The notes below the pieces were generated by a model. That model was not told where the DNA came from. It was given only the letters and a program-made list of their open reading frames with translations, and did not search any database. This document shows, piece by piece, positions 18,396 to 26,914 of a stretch of 64,000 bases of DNA. A program made the position numbers and the translations under genes. Numbering within the stretch: position 1 is the stretch's first letter; every line of letters starts with the position of its first letter. Source of the stretch: Acidobacteriota bacterium (lineage in GTDB: Bacteria; Acidobacteriota; UBA6911); the NCBI GenBank assembly GCA_012729555.1, contig JAAYCX010000020.1, positions 14,908 to 78,907 of the forward strand. The letters run 5' to 3'.

Positions 18396-19126
18396 TCGAA
18401 GTCCGGGGACTGGCCAAATACTACGGCAGGCAGAGCGCGCTGCGCGGCCTCGACCTGCGGATCGCGCGGGGGGACTTCATCGCCCTCTTCGGCAGAAACG
18501 GCGCCGGGAAGACCACCTTCCTGAGGATCCTGGCGGGGCTCGCGCGCCCCTCCGCCGGCACCTGCCGGATCGCGCCGGCGGCCGGAGGCGCCGGCGGGGA
18601 GACCCCCGCCCGGACCCGCGGCCGGATCGGATACCTCTCCCACCACACCTCCCTCTACCCCGACCTGACCGCCCTGGAAAACCTGCGCTTCTTCGCCCAT
18701 CTGGCGGGGGTGCCGGCCGACGACCCCTCGCTCGCCGGGAAAATCGGCGCGGTGGGGCTCGCCGGGCGGGAGCGCGAACCGGTGCGCACCTACTCCCGGG
18801 GGATGCAGCAGCGCCTGGGCATCGCCCGGGCGCTGCTGCACGACCCCGACATTCTCCTGCTCGACGAGCCCTTCACGGGCCTCGACCAGGCCGGCGCCGA
18901 TTTTCTGAAGGGCTACCTCGCCGGGGCGCGCCGCGCGGGAAAGACGTGCGTCATGGCGCTCCACGACGCCGGGCTCGGCCACCAGCTGGCGAGCCGGCTG
19001 GTGGTGATCGACCGGGGGACGGCCGCGCTCGACGTCGAGCGGGACTCCCTCCCGCTCGACGCCTTCCGCGAGCGGTACGCGGCCATCCTCGGCCCGCGCC
19101 CCCCCGCCGGCGGGGGGGCGTCATGA
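18392..19126 (+). CDS. ccmA: heme exporter ATP-binding protein CcmA
   Basis: Walker A GRNGAGKTT, signature YSRGMQQRLGIARAL, Walker B ILLLDEPFTGLD; ATGA overlap with the previous gene. Confidence 0.8.
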   Translation: MIEVRGLAKYYGRQSALRGLDLRIARGDFIALFGRNGAGKTTFLRILAGLARPSAGTCRIAPAAGGAGGETPARTRGRIGYLSHHTSLYPDLTALENLRFFAHLAGVPADDPSLAGKIGAVGLAGREREPVRTYSRGMQQRLGIARALLHDPDILLLDEPFTGLDQAGADFLKGYLAGARRAGKTCVMALHDAGLGHQLASRLVVIDRGTAALDVERDSLPLDAFRERYAAILGPRPPAGGGAS

Positions 19127-19791
19127 GAAGGCTCTGGGCCGTGTTCCGCAAGGACCTCGCGATCGAGCTGAGAACCAAGGACTCGCTCAACACGATGCTG
19201 TTCTTCGGGATCGTGGTCCTGGTCGTCTTCCACTTCGCCCTCCGTTCGGGCGAGGTCGAGGCGCGGGCGGCCGCGCCCGGGGTCCTCTGGGTCGCCTTCG
19301 CCTTCGCCGGGACGCTGGGGCTCAACCGGATGTTCGCGGCGGAGAAGGAAAACGGCTGCCTGGAGGGGCTGATGATGATGCCGGCGGACCGGGGGGTCCT
19401 CTACCTCGGGAAGATGCTGGCCGGGACCGTCTTCATGCTCGCGGCCGAAGCCGTCATCTTCGTCGCGAGCCTCGTCTTCTTCAACCTCGAAGTCTGGGGC
19501 GAACTCCCCTGGCTCGCGCTGGTGTTTTTCGTCGGGACGCTGGGGTTCACCGCCGTCGGGACGCTCCTGGCGGCCGTCGCCGTGAACACCCGGATGCGGG
19601 AGGTGCTCCTCCCCGTGATCCTCTTCCCCGTGGTCCTGCCGGTGCTGATCCACGCGGTGGAGGCGACGGCCCTCGTCCTGGGCGGGGCGGACCGGGGGGA
19701 GCTCCGGCTCCCGCTCGCCGTCCTGTCGGTTTTCACGGTCGTGTTCGGCACGATCGCCTATCTGCTCTTCGAGCACGTTCTGGAGGACTAG
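19123..19791 (+). CDS. ccmB: heme exporter protein CcmB
   Basis: Six-TM protein; ATG 19123 overlaps the ccmA stop; typical CcmB N-terminus MRRLWAVFRKDLAIELR. Confidence 0.8.
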   Translation: MRRLWAVFRKDLAIELRTKDSLNTMLFFGIVVLVVFHFALRSGEVEARAAAPGVLWVAFAFAGTLGLNRMFAAEKENGCLEGLMMMPADRGVLYLGKMLAGTVFMLAAEAVIFVASLVFFNLEVWGELPWLALVFFVGTLGFTAVGTLLAAVAVNTRMREVLLPVILFPVVLPVLIHAVEATALVLGGADRGELRLPLAVLSVFTVVFGTIAYLLFEHVLED

Positions 19792-19792
19792 G

Positions 19793-20473
19793 ATGAACGA
19801 ACGGACCTCCGCCCGCCTGGACCCGGTCCTGTGGGGCATCCTGGGGATCGCGATGCTGGCCGCGCTCTACCTGGCCCTCGTCGACGCCCCCAGGGAGCGG
19901 ACCATGGGGGACCTGCAGCGCATCTTCTACTTTCACGTGGCCGCCGCCGTCGCGGGGCTGACGGCCTTCGGCGTCAATTTCGCCTCCTCGATCGCTTACG
20001 TGGCCCGCCGGGAGCGGCGGTGGGACCGCCTGGCGCTCTGCGCGGCCGAGACCGGGGTCGCCTTTTTCGCCATCGTCCTCCTCACCGGCCCGATCTGGGC
20101 CAAGCCGGTCTGGATGGTCTGGTGGACCTGGTCGCCGCGGCTGACCTCGTCCCTCGTCCTCTGTCTCCTCTACGTCGCCTACCTGCTCGTGCGGCGCTAC
20201 CTCGAGGACCCCGACCGGCGGGCGATGATCGCCGCCGTGTTCGGCATCGTGGCCTTCGTCGACGCCCCGCTGGTCTGGTTCTCCATCCGCTGGTGGCGCG
20301 ACATCCACCCCTCGCCGATGCTCGAGAGCGGGGGGATCGACCCGGCCATGCGCCCCGCGTTCTGGGCCTGCCTGGCGGCCTTCGAGCTGCTGCTGGTCTA
20401 CCTGCTGCGGCGGCGCTACGCGCTGGAATCGCTCGAGGAGGAGCTGGAACGGCTCGGGCGCCTGGCGGAATGA
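19793..20473 (+). CDS. ccmC: heme exporter protein CcmC
   Basis: Conserved tryptophan-rich WWD-type segment (WAKPVWMVWWTWSPRL) and conserved His residues. Confidence 0.85.
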   Translation: MNERTSARLDPVLWGILGIAMLAALYLALVDAPRERTMGDLQRIFYFHVAAAVAGLTAFGVNFASSIAYVARRERRWDRLALCAAETGVAFFAIVLLTGPIWAKPVWMVWWTWSPRLTSSLVLCLLYVAYLLVRRYLEDPDRRAMIAAVFGIVAFVDAPLVWFSIRWWRDIHPSPMLESGGIDPAMRPAFWACLAAFELLLVYLLRRRYALESLEEELERLGRLAE

Positions 20474-20492
20474 TTTTCAGGGAGTCTGCCCC

Positions 20493-20633
20493 ATGAACAC
20501 CATGAACTATCTCTTCGCGGCCAACGCCGTCATCTGGATCGTGCTCGCCCTCTTCCTGCTCCGGCTGCACGCGCGCGAGCGGAAACTGGGGGAGGAAATC
20601 GCCCGCCTGCGCCGGCTGATCGACAGGACCTAG
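20493..20633 (+). CDS. ccmD: heme exporter protein CcmD (46 aa; absent from ORF track)
   Basis: atgaacaccatgaactat...gacaggacctag gives MNTMNYLFAANAVIWIVLALFLLRLHARERKLGEEIARLRRLIDRT: single TM followed by a basic tail, directly after ccmC. Confidence 0.6.
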   Translation: MNTMNYLFAANAVIWIVLALFLLRLHARERKLGEEIARLRRLIDRT

Positions 20634-22828
20634 TCGGCGGCGACGGGCTGCGGGGCCAGCCGGAGGAGGAGGGCGCGCGCTTCTTCGCCGAGGAATTCCC
20701 AGAGCCCGAGCCGCGAGAGCGTTTCGGGGAGCGGGACCCCCTCCGGGCTCCACCCCCGCTCGCGGTAGTAGGCCGCGATCAGCCCCCGCAGCCGCTCCTT
20801 GCGGCAGGCCATGAGCCGCTCCCGCTTTTCCGCCGTCGGCAGCTCCGCGAGCCGCTCGGGCGCGAGGCCGCAGCAGGCGGCGAGCTCCCCGTCGTTGTAG
20901 GCGGCCTCCGCCTCGTAGAGGAGGTCGTCGGTCGGCCCGAGGGCGCGGTCGGGGATCCAGTCGTGGCGCGAGGTCTCCTCCCCGTAGCGGAGCACGTTCA
21001 GGACCCGCTGCAGGTTGATGTCGCGGTCGGTGCGGGCGAAGATCTCCTCCCACCCCAGCTCGGTCCCCAGCACGCCGTTGTAGTACTCGGCGTAGATCTC
21101 CTGCGTCGCCGGGTTGATGTTGACGTCCCCCTCCCCGCGCGCGTTCGATTCCGGGTTGAAGACATCGACCCAGGGGAGCTTGCACACCCCCATGTTGTCG
21201 TTCCCCAGGCGCACGCGCGGGTAGCTGACCAGCGCCCGGGCCTTGTCCTCGAAGGTGGGGAAGGCGCCCAGGAGGTCGGCCTTGATCAGCCAGGCGGCGG
21301 CGTGGTGGGCGCCGATGTCGCTCGCCGCGGCGTAGGACGCCTGCATCGAGAGGGAGCGGTGGGTCCGGTAGAAGGAGAAGGGAAGCCCCTTGGTCTGCAT
21401 CGCGAACGTCTCCAGTTCCGGGAGCGCGTCCTCCCCCGTCCGGGCGCGATGGCGCGCGGCGACCCAGGCGACCAGTTCCCCGATCCCCCTCCCGGCGGCG
21501 CGCGCCATTTCGCCCGACCCGTGCGCCAGGCGGTGGATGAATTCCAGGGCGGCCGGTTCGTCCCCCCACGAGAGCGCCGGGCCCCCGCCGTCCCCCGGCT
21601 CGAGGTAGCCGCGCTGCAGCGCCTCCATCAGGAACGCCATGATGCAGGAGGTGGTGATGGTGTCGATGCCGTAGTTGTCGCAGTGCCAGTTGGCTTCCAT
21701 GATGAACTCGGGGTTCCAGATGCCGAGGTTCGACCCGAAGCCGGCGGCGGTCTCGTATTCGGGCCCGTCCACCCACACCCGGCGCCCGGCGTGCGGGCCG
21801 CTCCGGAGCGTCACGCACCCCCCCTTGGTGCACTGCAGGTTGCAGCCGGGGAAGCAGCCGTCCATCCCCCGGTGGTCGAAGAGGTGCTCGGCGTAGTGCC
21901 TCCCGCAGATCTGTCCCGCCCTGGGGTCGGAGCCGAGCTGGAAGTTGCGGACCGGGAGCGACTGGTACTCCTCCCTGTTCATGAAGGTGATGAGCCCCGC
22001 GCTCCCCTTGCGCGCCATCTGGAGCGACCCGGGGTCGACCTCGCGCACCACCTTCTGCAGCCGCCCCCCCGCCCGGCGGGCGCGCTCCCAGTCGGCGGCG
22101 CCGTAGGGGTTTTCGCCGCGCGGGCTCTCGGCCACGACCACGATCGCGCCGAGGTTCTTGTCCCGCATAACGGTGCCGAGGCCCGTCCTTCCCGCCTGCT
22201 TGACCCGGAAGATCCCGCGCCCCCCCTCGCGCGGCTTGGTGACGTCCCAGTAGTGGCTGTTGATGCAGCCGTAGGCCGTGTGGGCGGCGCCGACGCCGGT
22301 GGAGAGGAAGGCGATGCGGCGCCGGTCGACCCCGGCCGCCTCGAAACGCCGGGCGATCTCCCCCTCCAGCTCGAACGCCTCCTCCCCCGGGGGCGCCTCC
22401 TCGATCCGCACCTCCCCCCGCAGGCCGTCGACGACCACCATCGCCCGCCCGGCCGATTTCCCGACCACCTCGAGGGCGTCGAACCCCGCGTACTTCAGGT
22501 AGGCCCCGAAATACCCGCCGAAGTTGGACACCCCGGGGATGCGGGTCAGGGGGGAGAGGGAGACCGCCATCGCCTTGGCCGCCCCCGGGAACTGGGGGAT
22601 CCCCCCGAGCGGGCCGTTGGCCACGATCAGGGGGTTTTCGGGGTCCTCGGGCCGGGTGGCGGCCGAGACCGCCTGGTGCAGCAGGTAGAGGCCCAGGGCG
22701 CGCCCCCCCAGGAAATAGTCCCGGACCTTCGGGTCGAGCGTCCGGACCGCGGCCGAGCGCGCGGCGAGGTCCACGCGGAGGACCCTGTTGGTGTAGCCGC
22801 GCTCGATCGTCCCTCTGCTGTAGTGCAT
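20630..22828 (-). CDS. tungsten-type aldehyde:ferredoxin oxidoreductase (AOR family), long 732-aa form
   Basis: N-terminal AOR_N-like segment (GYTNRVLRVDL...) and catalytic-domain motifs including DGCFPGCNLQCTKGGC; ATG at 22828. Confidence 0.8.
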   Translation of the reverse strand: MHYSRGTIERGYTNRVLRVDLAARSAAVRTLDPKVRDYFLGGRALGLYLLHQAVSAATRPEDPENPLIVANGPLGGIPQFPGAAKAMAVSLSPLTRIPGVSNFGGYFGAYLKYAGFDALEVVGKSAGRAMVVVDGLRGEVRIEEAPPGEEAFELEGEIARRFEAAGVDRRRIAFLSTGVGAAHTAYGCINSHYWDVTKPREGGRGIFRVKQAGRTGLGTVMRDKNLGAIVVVAESPRGENPYGAADWERARRAGGRLQKVVREVDPGSLQMARKGSAGLITFMNREEYQSLPVRNFQLGSDPRAGQICGRHYAEHLFDHRGMDGCFPGCNLQCTKGGCVTLRSGPHAGRRVWVDGPEYETAAGFGSNLGIWNPEFIMEANWHCDNYGIDTITTSCIMAFLMEALQRGYLEPGDGGGPALSWGDEPAALEFIHRLAHGSGEMARAAGRGIGELVAWVAARHRARTGEDALPELETFAMQTKGLPFSFYRTHRSLSMQASYAAASDIGAHHAAAWLIKADLLGAFPTFEDKARALVSYPRVRLGNDNMGVCKLPWVDVFNPESNARGEGDVNINPATQEIYAEYYNGVLGTELGWEEIFARTDRDINLQRVLNVLRYGEETSRHDWIPDRALGPTDDLLYEAEAAYNDGELAACCGLAPERLAELPTAEKRERLMACRKERLRGLIAAYYRERGWSPEGVPLPETLSRLGLWEFLGEEARALLLRLAPQPVAAD

Positions 22829-22893
22829 ATTCCCTTCCCGGACCGCAAAACCGCCGAAGCAAAGGTATCAAAGATAAGGGGGCGGGGTTCACC

Positions 22894-22924
22894 CTGTCAA
22901 GAAATCCCTCCCCCCCTGCTATAA
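22894..22924 (+). promoter_or_regulatory. putative sigma70-like promoter for pepP (TGTCAA-19-TATAAT)
   Basis: tataat at 22919-22924 about 27 nt upstream of the GTG start, AAAGGAG RBS at 22940; -35 is weak. Confidence 0.3.
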
Positions 22925-22951
22925 TGGGACCCAGCCACAAAGGAGCCTGAC

Positions 22952-24355
22952 GTGAAAACAGCTTCCCCGAACGCCGACTGGGCCGCGATCTTCCGCGGGC
23001 GACGCGACCGGATCCGGGCCCGGACCGGAGGCGGCCCGATCCTCTGGCTGGGGCACGCGCCCCAGCCGCGCAACTACGCCGCCAACACCTACCCCTTCCG
23101 GCAGAATTCCCATTTCCTCTACTGCACCGGGCTGGCCGAACCGGACCTCGCCCTCCTCTCGCTGCCGGAAGCGGGGCGCGACATCCTCTTCGGCGACGGG
23201 GCGAGCCTCGACGACATCGTCTGGACCGGCCCGCGCCCCTCGCTCGAGGAGCTGGCGGCCGCGGCCGGCATCGACGACGTCCGCCCGGCGGAGAGCCTCC
23301 GGGGAGTCCTCGACGAGGCGCGGCGGCAGGGGCAGCCCGTCCACTACCTCCCCCCCTACCGGCACTCCTCGGTCTACGCCCTCTCGCGCCTGCTCGACAT
23401 CCCGATGGAGGAAGTGGGGGGGCGCGCCTCCTCCCTCCTGATGGAGCAGGTGGCGATCGAGCGGAGCGTCAAGGGCCCCGAGGAGGTGGCCGAGATCGAG
23501 GAGGCGCTCGGGATCACCGGCCGGATGCACCGCGCGGCGATGGCGGCGGCGCGCCCCGGGATGAAGGAAAGCGAGCTGGCGGGCCTGATCCAGGCGATTG
23601 CCCTCGCCGAAGACCGCGCCCAGGCCTACGACCCGATCGTGACGGTGCACGGGGAGGTGCTGCACAACCACTCCTACGACAATGTCCTCGCCGCGGGGGG
23701 GCTGGTGCTCAACGACTCCGGGGCGGAGTCCCCGATGGGCTACGCTTCGGACATCACCCGCACCTTCCCCGTCTCCGGGCGCTTCTCGCCGCTCCAGGCC
23801 GACCTCTACCGCGCCGTGCTCGGGACGCAGCGGGAGGCCATCGCCATGATCCGCCCCGGCGTCTCCTACCGCGAAGTCCACCTCGGCGCCTGCCGCCGCC
23901 TGGCCGAAGCGCTCCGCGGCCTGGGGCTGATGAAGGGGGACCCCGCGGCCGCGGTCGAGGCGGGGGCCCACGCGCTCTTTTTGCCGCACGGGATCGGCCA
24001 CATGCTCGGGCTCGACGTGCACGACATGGAGGACCTCGGGGACGTGGTCGGGCACGGAAAGGAGAAGCGCCCGGGTCAGTTCGGGCTCAACTACCTGAGG
24101 CTCAGCCGCCCGCTCGAGGCGGGGTTCGTGCTGACGGTGGAGCCGGGGGTCTACTTCATCCCCGCCCTCATCGAGCGCTGGCGCGCCGAAGGGCTCCACC
24201 GGGAATTTCTCGACTACGACCGGATCGCCCCCCTGGCCGGCTTCGGGGGGATCCGCACCGAAGACGACGTCCTGGTCACCCCCGAAGGGGCCCGCGTCCT
24301 GGGCCCCCCGGTCCCGAAGACGGTCGAGGAGGTGGAGGAGGCGTGCGCCCGATGA
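22952..24355 (+). CDS. pepP: Xaa-Pro aminopeptidase (M24B family)
   Basis: GTG start 22952; M24 metal-binding segments (HGIGHMLGLDVHD, VEPGVYF) and the AMP_N domain. Confidence 0.85.
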   Translation: MKTASPNADWAAIFRGRRDRIRARTGGGPILWLGHAPQPRNYAANTYPFRQNSHFLYCTGLAEPDLALLSLPEAGRDILFGDGASLDDIVWTGPRPSLEELAAAAGIDDVRPAESLRGVLDEARRQGQPVHYLPPYRHSSVYALSRLLDIPMEEVGGRASSLLMEQVAIERSVKGPEEVAEIEEALGITGRMHRAAMAAARPGMKESELAGLIQAIALAEDRAQAYDPIVTVHGEVLHNHSYDNVLAAGGLVLNDSGAESPMGYASDITRTFPVSGRFSPLQADLYRAVLGTQREAIAMIRPGVSYREVHLGACRRLAEALRGLGLMKGDPAAAVEAGAHALFLPHGIGHMLGLDVHDMEDLGDVVGHGKEKRPGQFGLNYLRLSRPLEAGFVLTVEPGVYFIPALIERWRAEGLHREFLDYDRIAPLAGFGGIRTEDDVLVTPEGARVLGPPVPKTVEEVEEACAR

Positions 24356-24933
24356 AGGCGGTGTGCGTCTACTGCGGCTCGAGCGCCGGCACCGGCGCAA
24401 AATACCGGGAAGCCGCGCGCACCCTGGGCCGCACGCTGGTCCGGCAAGGCCTCGAGCTGGTCTACGGGGGGGCGCGGGTGGGACTGATGGGGGAGCTGGC
24501 CGACGCCGTGCTCGCTTCGGGAGGAAGGGTCACCGGCGTCATCCCGGAAGCCTTCGCCGCGCGGGTGGCGCACGGGGGCCTCACCGGGCTCGAGATCGTC
24601 GGCGGCATGCACGAACGCAAGCAGAGGATGTTCGACCTCTCCGACGCCTTCATCGCCCTCCCCGGCGGGTTCGGGACCCTGGAGGAGCTGACGGAACTCC
24701 TGACGTGGGGGCAGCTCGACTTTCACCGGAAACCGTGCGGCCTTCTCAATGTTTCGGGCTTCTACGACCCGCTGCTGGCCTTTCTGGATCACGCCGTGCG
24801 GGAGGGCTTCATCAAGGCGGCGCACCGCCGGATGCTTTTCGCCTCGGAGGACTCCGAAGCCCTGCTCGAGCATTTCGGTTGCTACGACGCCCCGAAGACC
24901 GATAAGTGGTATAATCGGCCGATCGATTCCTGA
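24352..24933 (+). CDS. LOG-family cytokinin riboside 5'-monophosphate phosphoribohydrolase
   Basis: Motifs VCVYCGSS, GGxGxMG-like (GGARVGLMG) and PGGFGTLEEL; ATGA overlap with pepP. Confidence 0.85.
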   Translation: MKAVCVYCGSSAGTGAKYREAARTLGRTLVRQGLELVYGGARVGLMGELADAVLASGGRVTGVIPEAFAARVAHGGLTGLEIVGGMHERKQRMFDLSDAFIALPGGFGTLEELTELLTWGQLDFHRKPCGLLNVSGFYDPLLAFLDHAVREGFIKAAHRRMLFASEDSEALLEHFGCYDAPKTDKWYNRPIDS

Positions 24934-24937
24934 AGGC

Positions 24938-26230
24938 ATGATCCGAAACAGCGGATTTTCAAGAATAACCATAGAGGGGAAAGTGATTACGCTTATTGAG
25001 GCCCTGAATTTCCGTTCCCTCAGGTACGTGCGCCAGAGCCTTGGCGGATTTCACGTCCTGATCGGACCCAATGCCAGCGGAAAGACCACTTTCCTGGATG
25101 TTCCCGCCTTCCTCGGCCGGCTCGTATCCGACGGCCTGGAATCGGCCGTCGGCGAGCGCACGGCGAATTTCCAGGATCTTGTATGGCGCCGTGAGGGGCA
25201 GAGATTCGAACTCGCCATCGAGGCGGCGATACCGGCAAAACTCCGGAAGACGGGGGGCAACGGGGATTTCGATACCATTCGCTACGAAGTCGCCGTCGGG
25301 GCCCATCCGCAAACGGAGGAGTTGTCGATACTGGCGGAAAGCGTTCTGCTCAGGAATGCCCCGGTCGCCGAACCTCCCCAGAGAGACTTTTTTCCTTTCC
25401 TGCGGACGCCCCCCAATACGATCCTGTCGCCGAAATCCTCCCGGGGCTCAAAAACCGTTATCCGGAAGGTAGCTAAAGGCAACGACAACTTTTACGACGA
25501 AACGGGGAAAGGCTGGGATCATTCCTTCAAACTTGGCCCGATGAAGAGCGCCCTGGGCAACCTCCCGGAAGACGAATCCAGATTCCCGGTTTCAAGCTGG
25601 CTCAAGGGGTTCCTGATCAACGGTCTGCAACAGATCATCCTCAACAGCCTGCTCATCCGGCGGGCCAGCCCGCCCGGACAAATCCGGGGATTCCGGCCGG
25701 ATGGCTCCAACCTCCCCTGGGTGATTTCCGAGCTCGAAAAAAAGGGTTCCCCTGTCCTGGGGGAATGGATCGCCCACCTGCGGACGGCCCTGCCCGATCT
25801 CGAGGGCATCCGTACCGTCGAGAGGGCGGATGACCGGCACCGTTACATGATGTTGAGGTACCGGGACGGGCTGGAAGTCCCTTCATGGATGGCGTCCGAC
25901 GGGACGCTCCGGCTGCTGGCATTGACACTGCCCGCGTATCTTCCGGAATTCAGGGGCGCCTACCTGATCGAGGAGCCGGAAAACGGCATCCATCCGCGCG
26001 CCGTGGAGACCCTGTTCCAGTCGCTCTCCTCCGTCTACGACGCCCAGATTCTGGTGGCCACCCACTCCCCCGTGATTTTGAGCATCGTCCGGCCGGAGGA
26101 TGTGCTCTGCTTCGCCAAAACAGAAGAGGGGGCCACCGATATCGTGCGCGGCAGCGAGCATCCGGCCCTCGCGGAATGGCGGGGGGAGACCAACCTGGGC
26201 GTCATCTTCGCCGCCGGAGTTCTGGGATGA
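24938..26230 (+). CDS. cytosolic ABC-type ATPase of the AAA_21 / OLD-like family
   Basis: Walker A GPNASGKTTFLD, signature-like SDGTLRLLALTL, Walker B AYLIEEPENGIHP, H-loop VATHSP; no TM segments. Alternative start GTG 24983 is preceded by GAGGGGA; lower GC than the flanks. Confidence 0.8.
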   Translation: MIRNSGFSRITIEGKVITLIEALNFRSLRYVRQSLGGFHVLIGPNASGKTTFLDVPAFLGRLVSDGLESAVGERTANFQDLVWRREGQRFELAIEAAIPAKLRKTGGNGDFDTIRYEVAVGAHPQTEELSILAESVLLRNAPVAEPPQRDFFPFLRTPPNTILSPKSSRGSKTVIRKVAKGNDNFYDETGKGWDHSFKLGPMKSALGNLPEDESRFPVSSWLKGFLINGLQQIILNSLLIRRASPPGQIRGFRPDGSNLPWVISELEKKGSPVLGEWIAHLRTALPDLEGIRTVERADDRHRYMMLRYRDGLEVPSWMASDGTLRLLALTLPAYLPEFRGAYLIEEPENGIHPRAVETLFQSLSSVYDAQILVATHSPVILSIVRPEDVLCFAKTEEGATDIVRGSEHPALAEWRGETNLGVIFAAGVLG

Positions 26231-26886
26231 AGGCCGAGGCGCCCGGCAAGGACCTCATCGCCCTGGTCGCCGACAAGAATATGGAACACGCCCTGCGGGG
26301 CCTGCTGAATCGTCACGAATCTCTGGGAATCCGTCCACTAAGAGAAAAAAGGGACTACGACATATTCGTACACCCGCACAGGGATCCGGGCTGCCTGGCA
26401 AAATCCACCGAATTCCTTCGGCCCTGGCAGCGGACCTATCGCCGGGCCCTGGTGATGTTTGACCGGGAAGGCTGTGGCCGGGAAGCCCAATCGCGCCTCG
26501 AACTCGAAAGCGAGCTCGAGCAGCAGCTGGCGCGATCGGGATGGGACGAACGGGCGGCGGTGGTGATCATCGACCCGGAGCTGGAAAACTGGGTGTGGAG
26601 CAGCTCGCCTCTCGTGGATCGGGCGCTGGGCTGGACAGGACGGTCCCCCGACCTCCGCCAATGGCTCCTGGATGAAGGCTTTCTGAAATCAGCCGCGGAG
26701 GCGAAGCCCGCGCCCCCCAAACCGGCCATGGATCGAGCCCTGAGGATGGGGAAAAAACCGCATTCATCCTCGCTGTTCCAGCAGCTTGCCGAGACGGTTT
26801 CGCTTTCGGGATGCACCGACGACGCCTTCCTGAAGCTCAGGCAGATCCTGATCGGCTGGTTTCCGCTGTCGGCGTCGGAAAATTGA
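26227..26886 (+). CDS. uncharacterised 219-aa partner of the AAA_21 ATPase (possible divergent Toprim/RloB/DUF4276-like effector)
   Basis: ATG 26227 overlaps the ATPase stop (ATGA); alternating hydrophobic-strand and acidic motifs (LIALVADKNMEH, ALVMFDREG, VVIIDPELENW); no confident family by eye; low-GC DNA. Confidence 0.55.
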   Translation: MKAEAPGKDLIALVADKNMEHALRGLLNRHESLGIRPLREKRDYDIFVHPHRDPGCLAKSTEFLRPWQRTYRRALVMFDREGCGREAQSRLELESELEQQLARSGWDERAAVVIIDPELENWVWSSSPLVDRALGWTGRSPDLRQWLLDEGFLKSAAEAKPAPPKPAMDRALRMGKKPHSSSLFQQLAETVSLSGCTDDAFLKLRQILIGWFPLSASEN

Positions 26887-26914
26887 TGACTCTCCCGGGC
26901 TGATGCCGTCCCGT

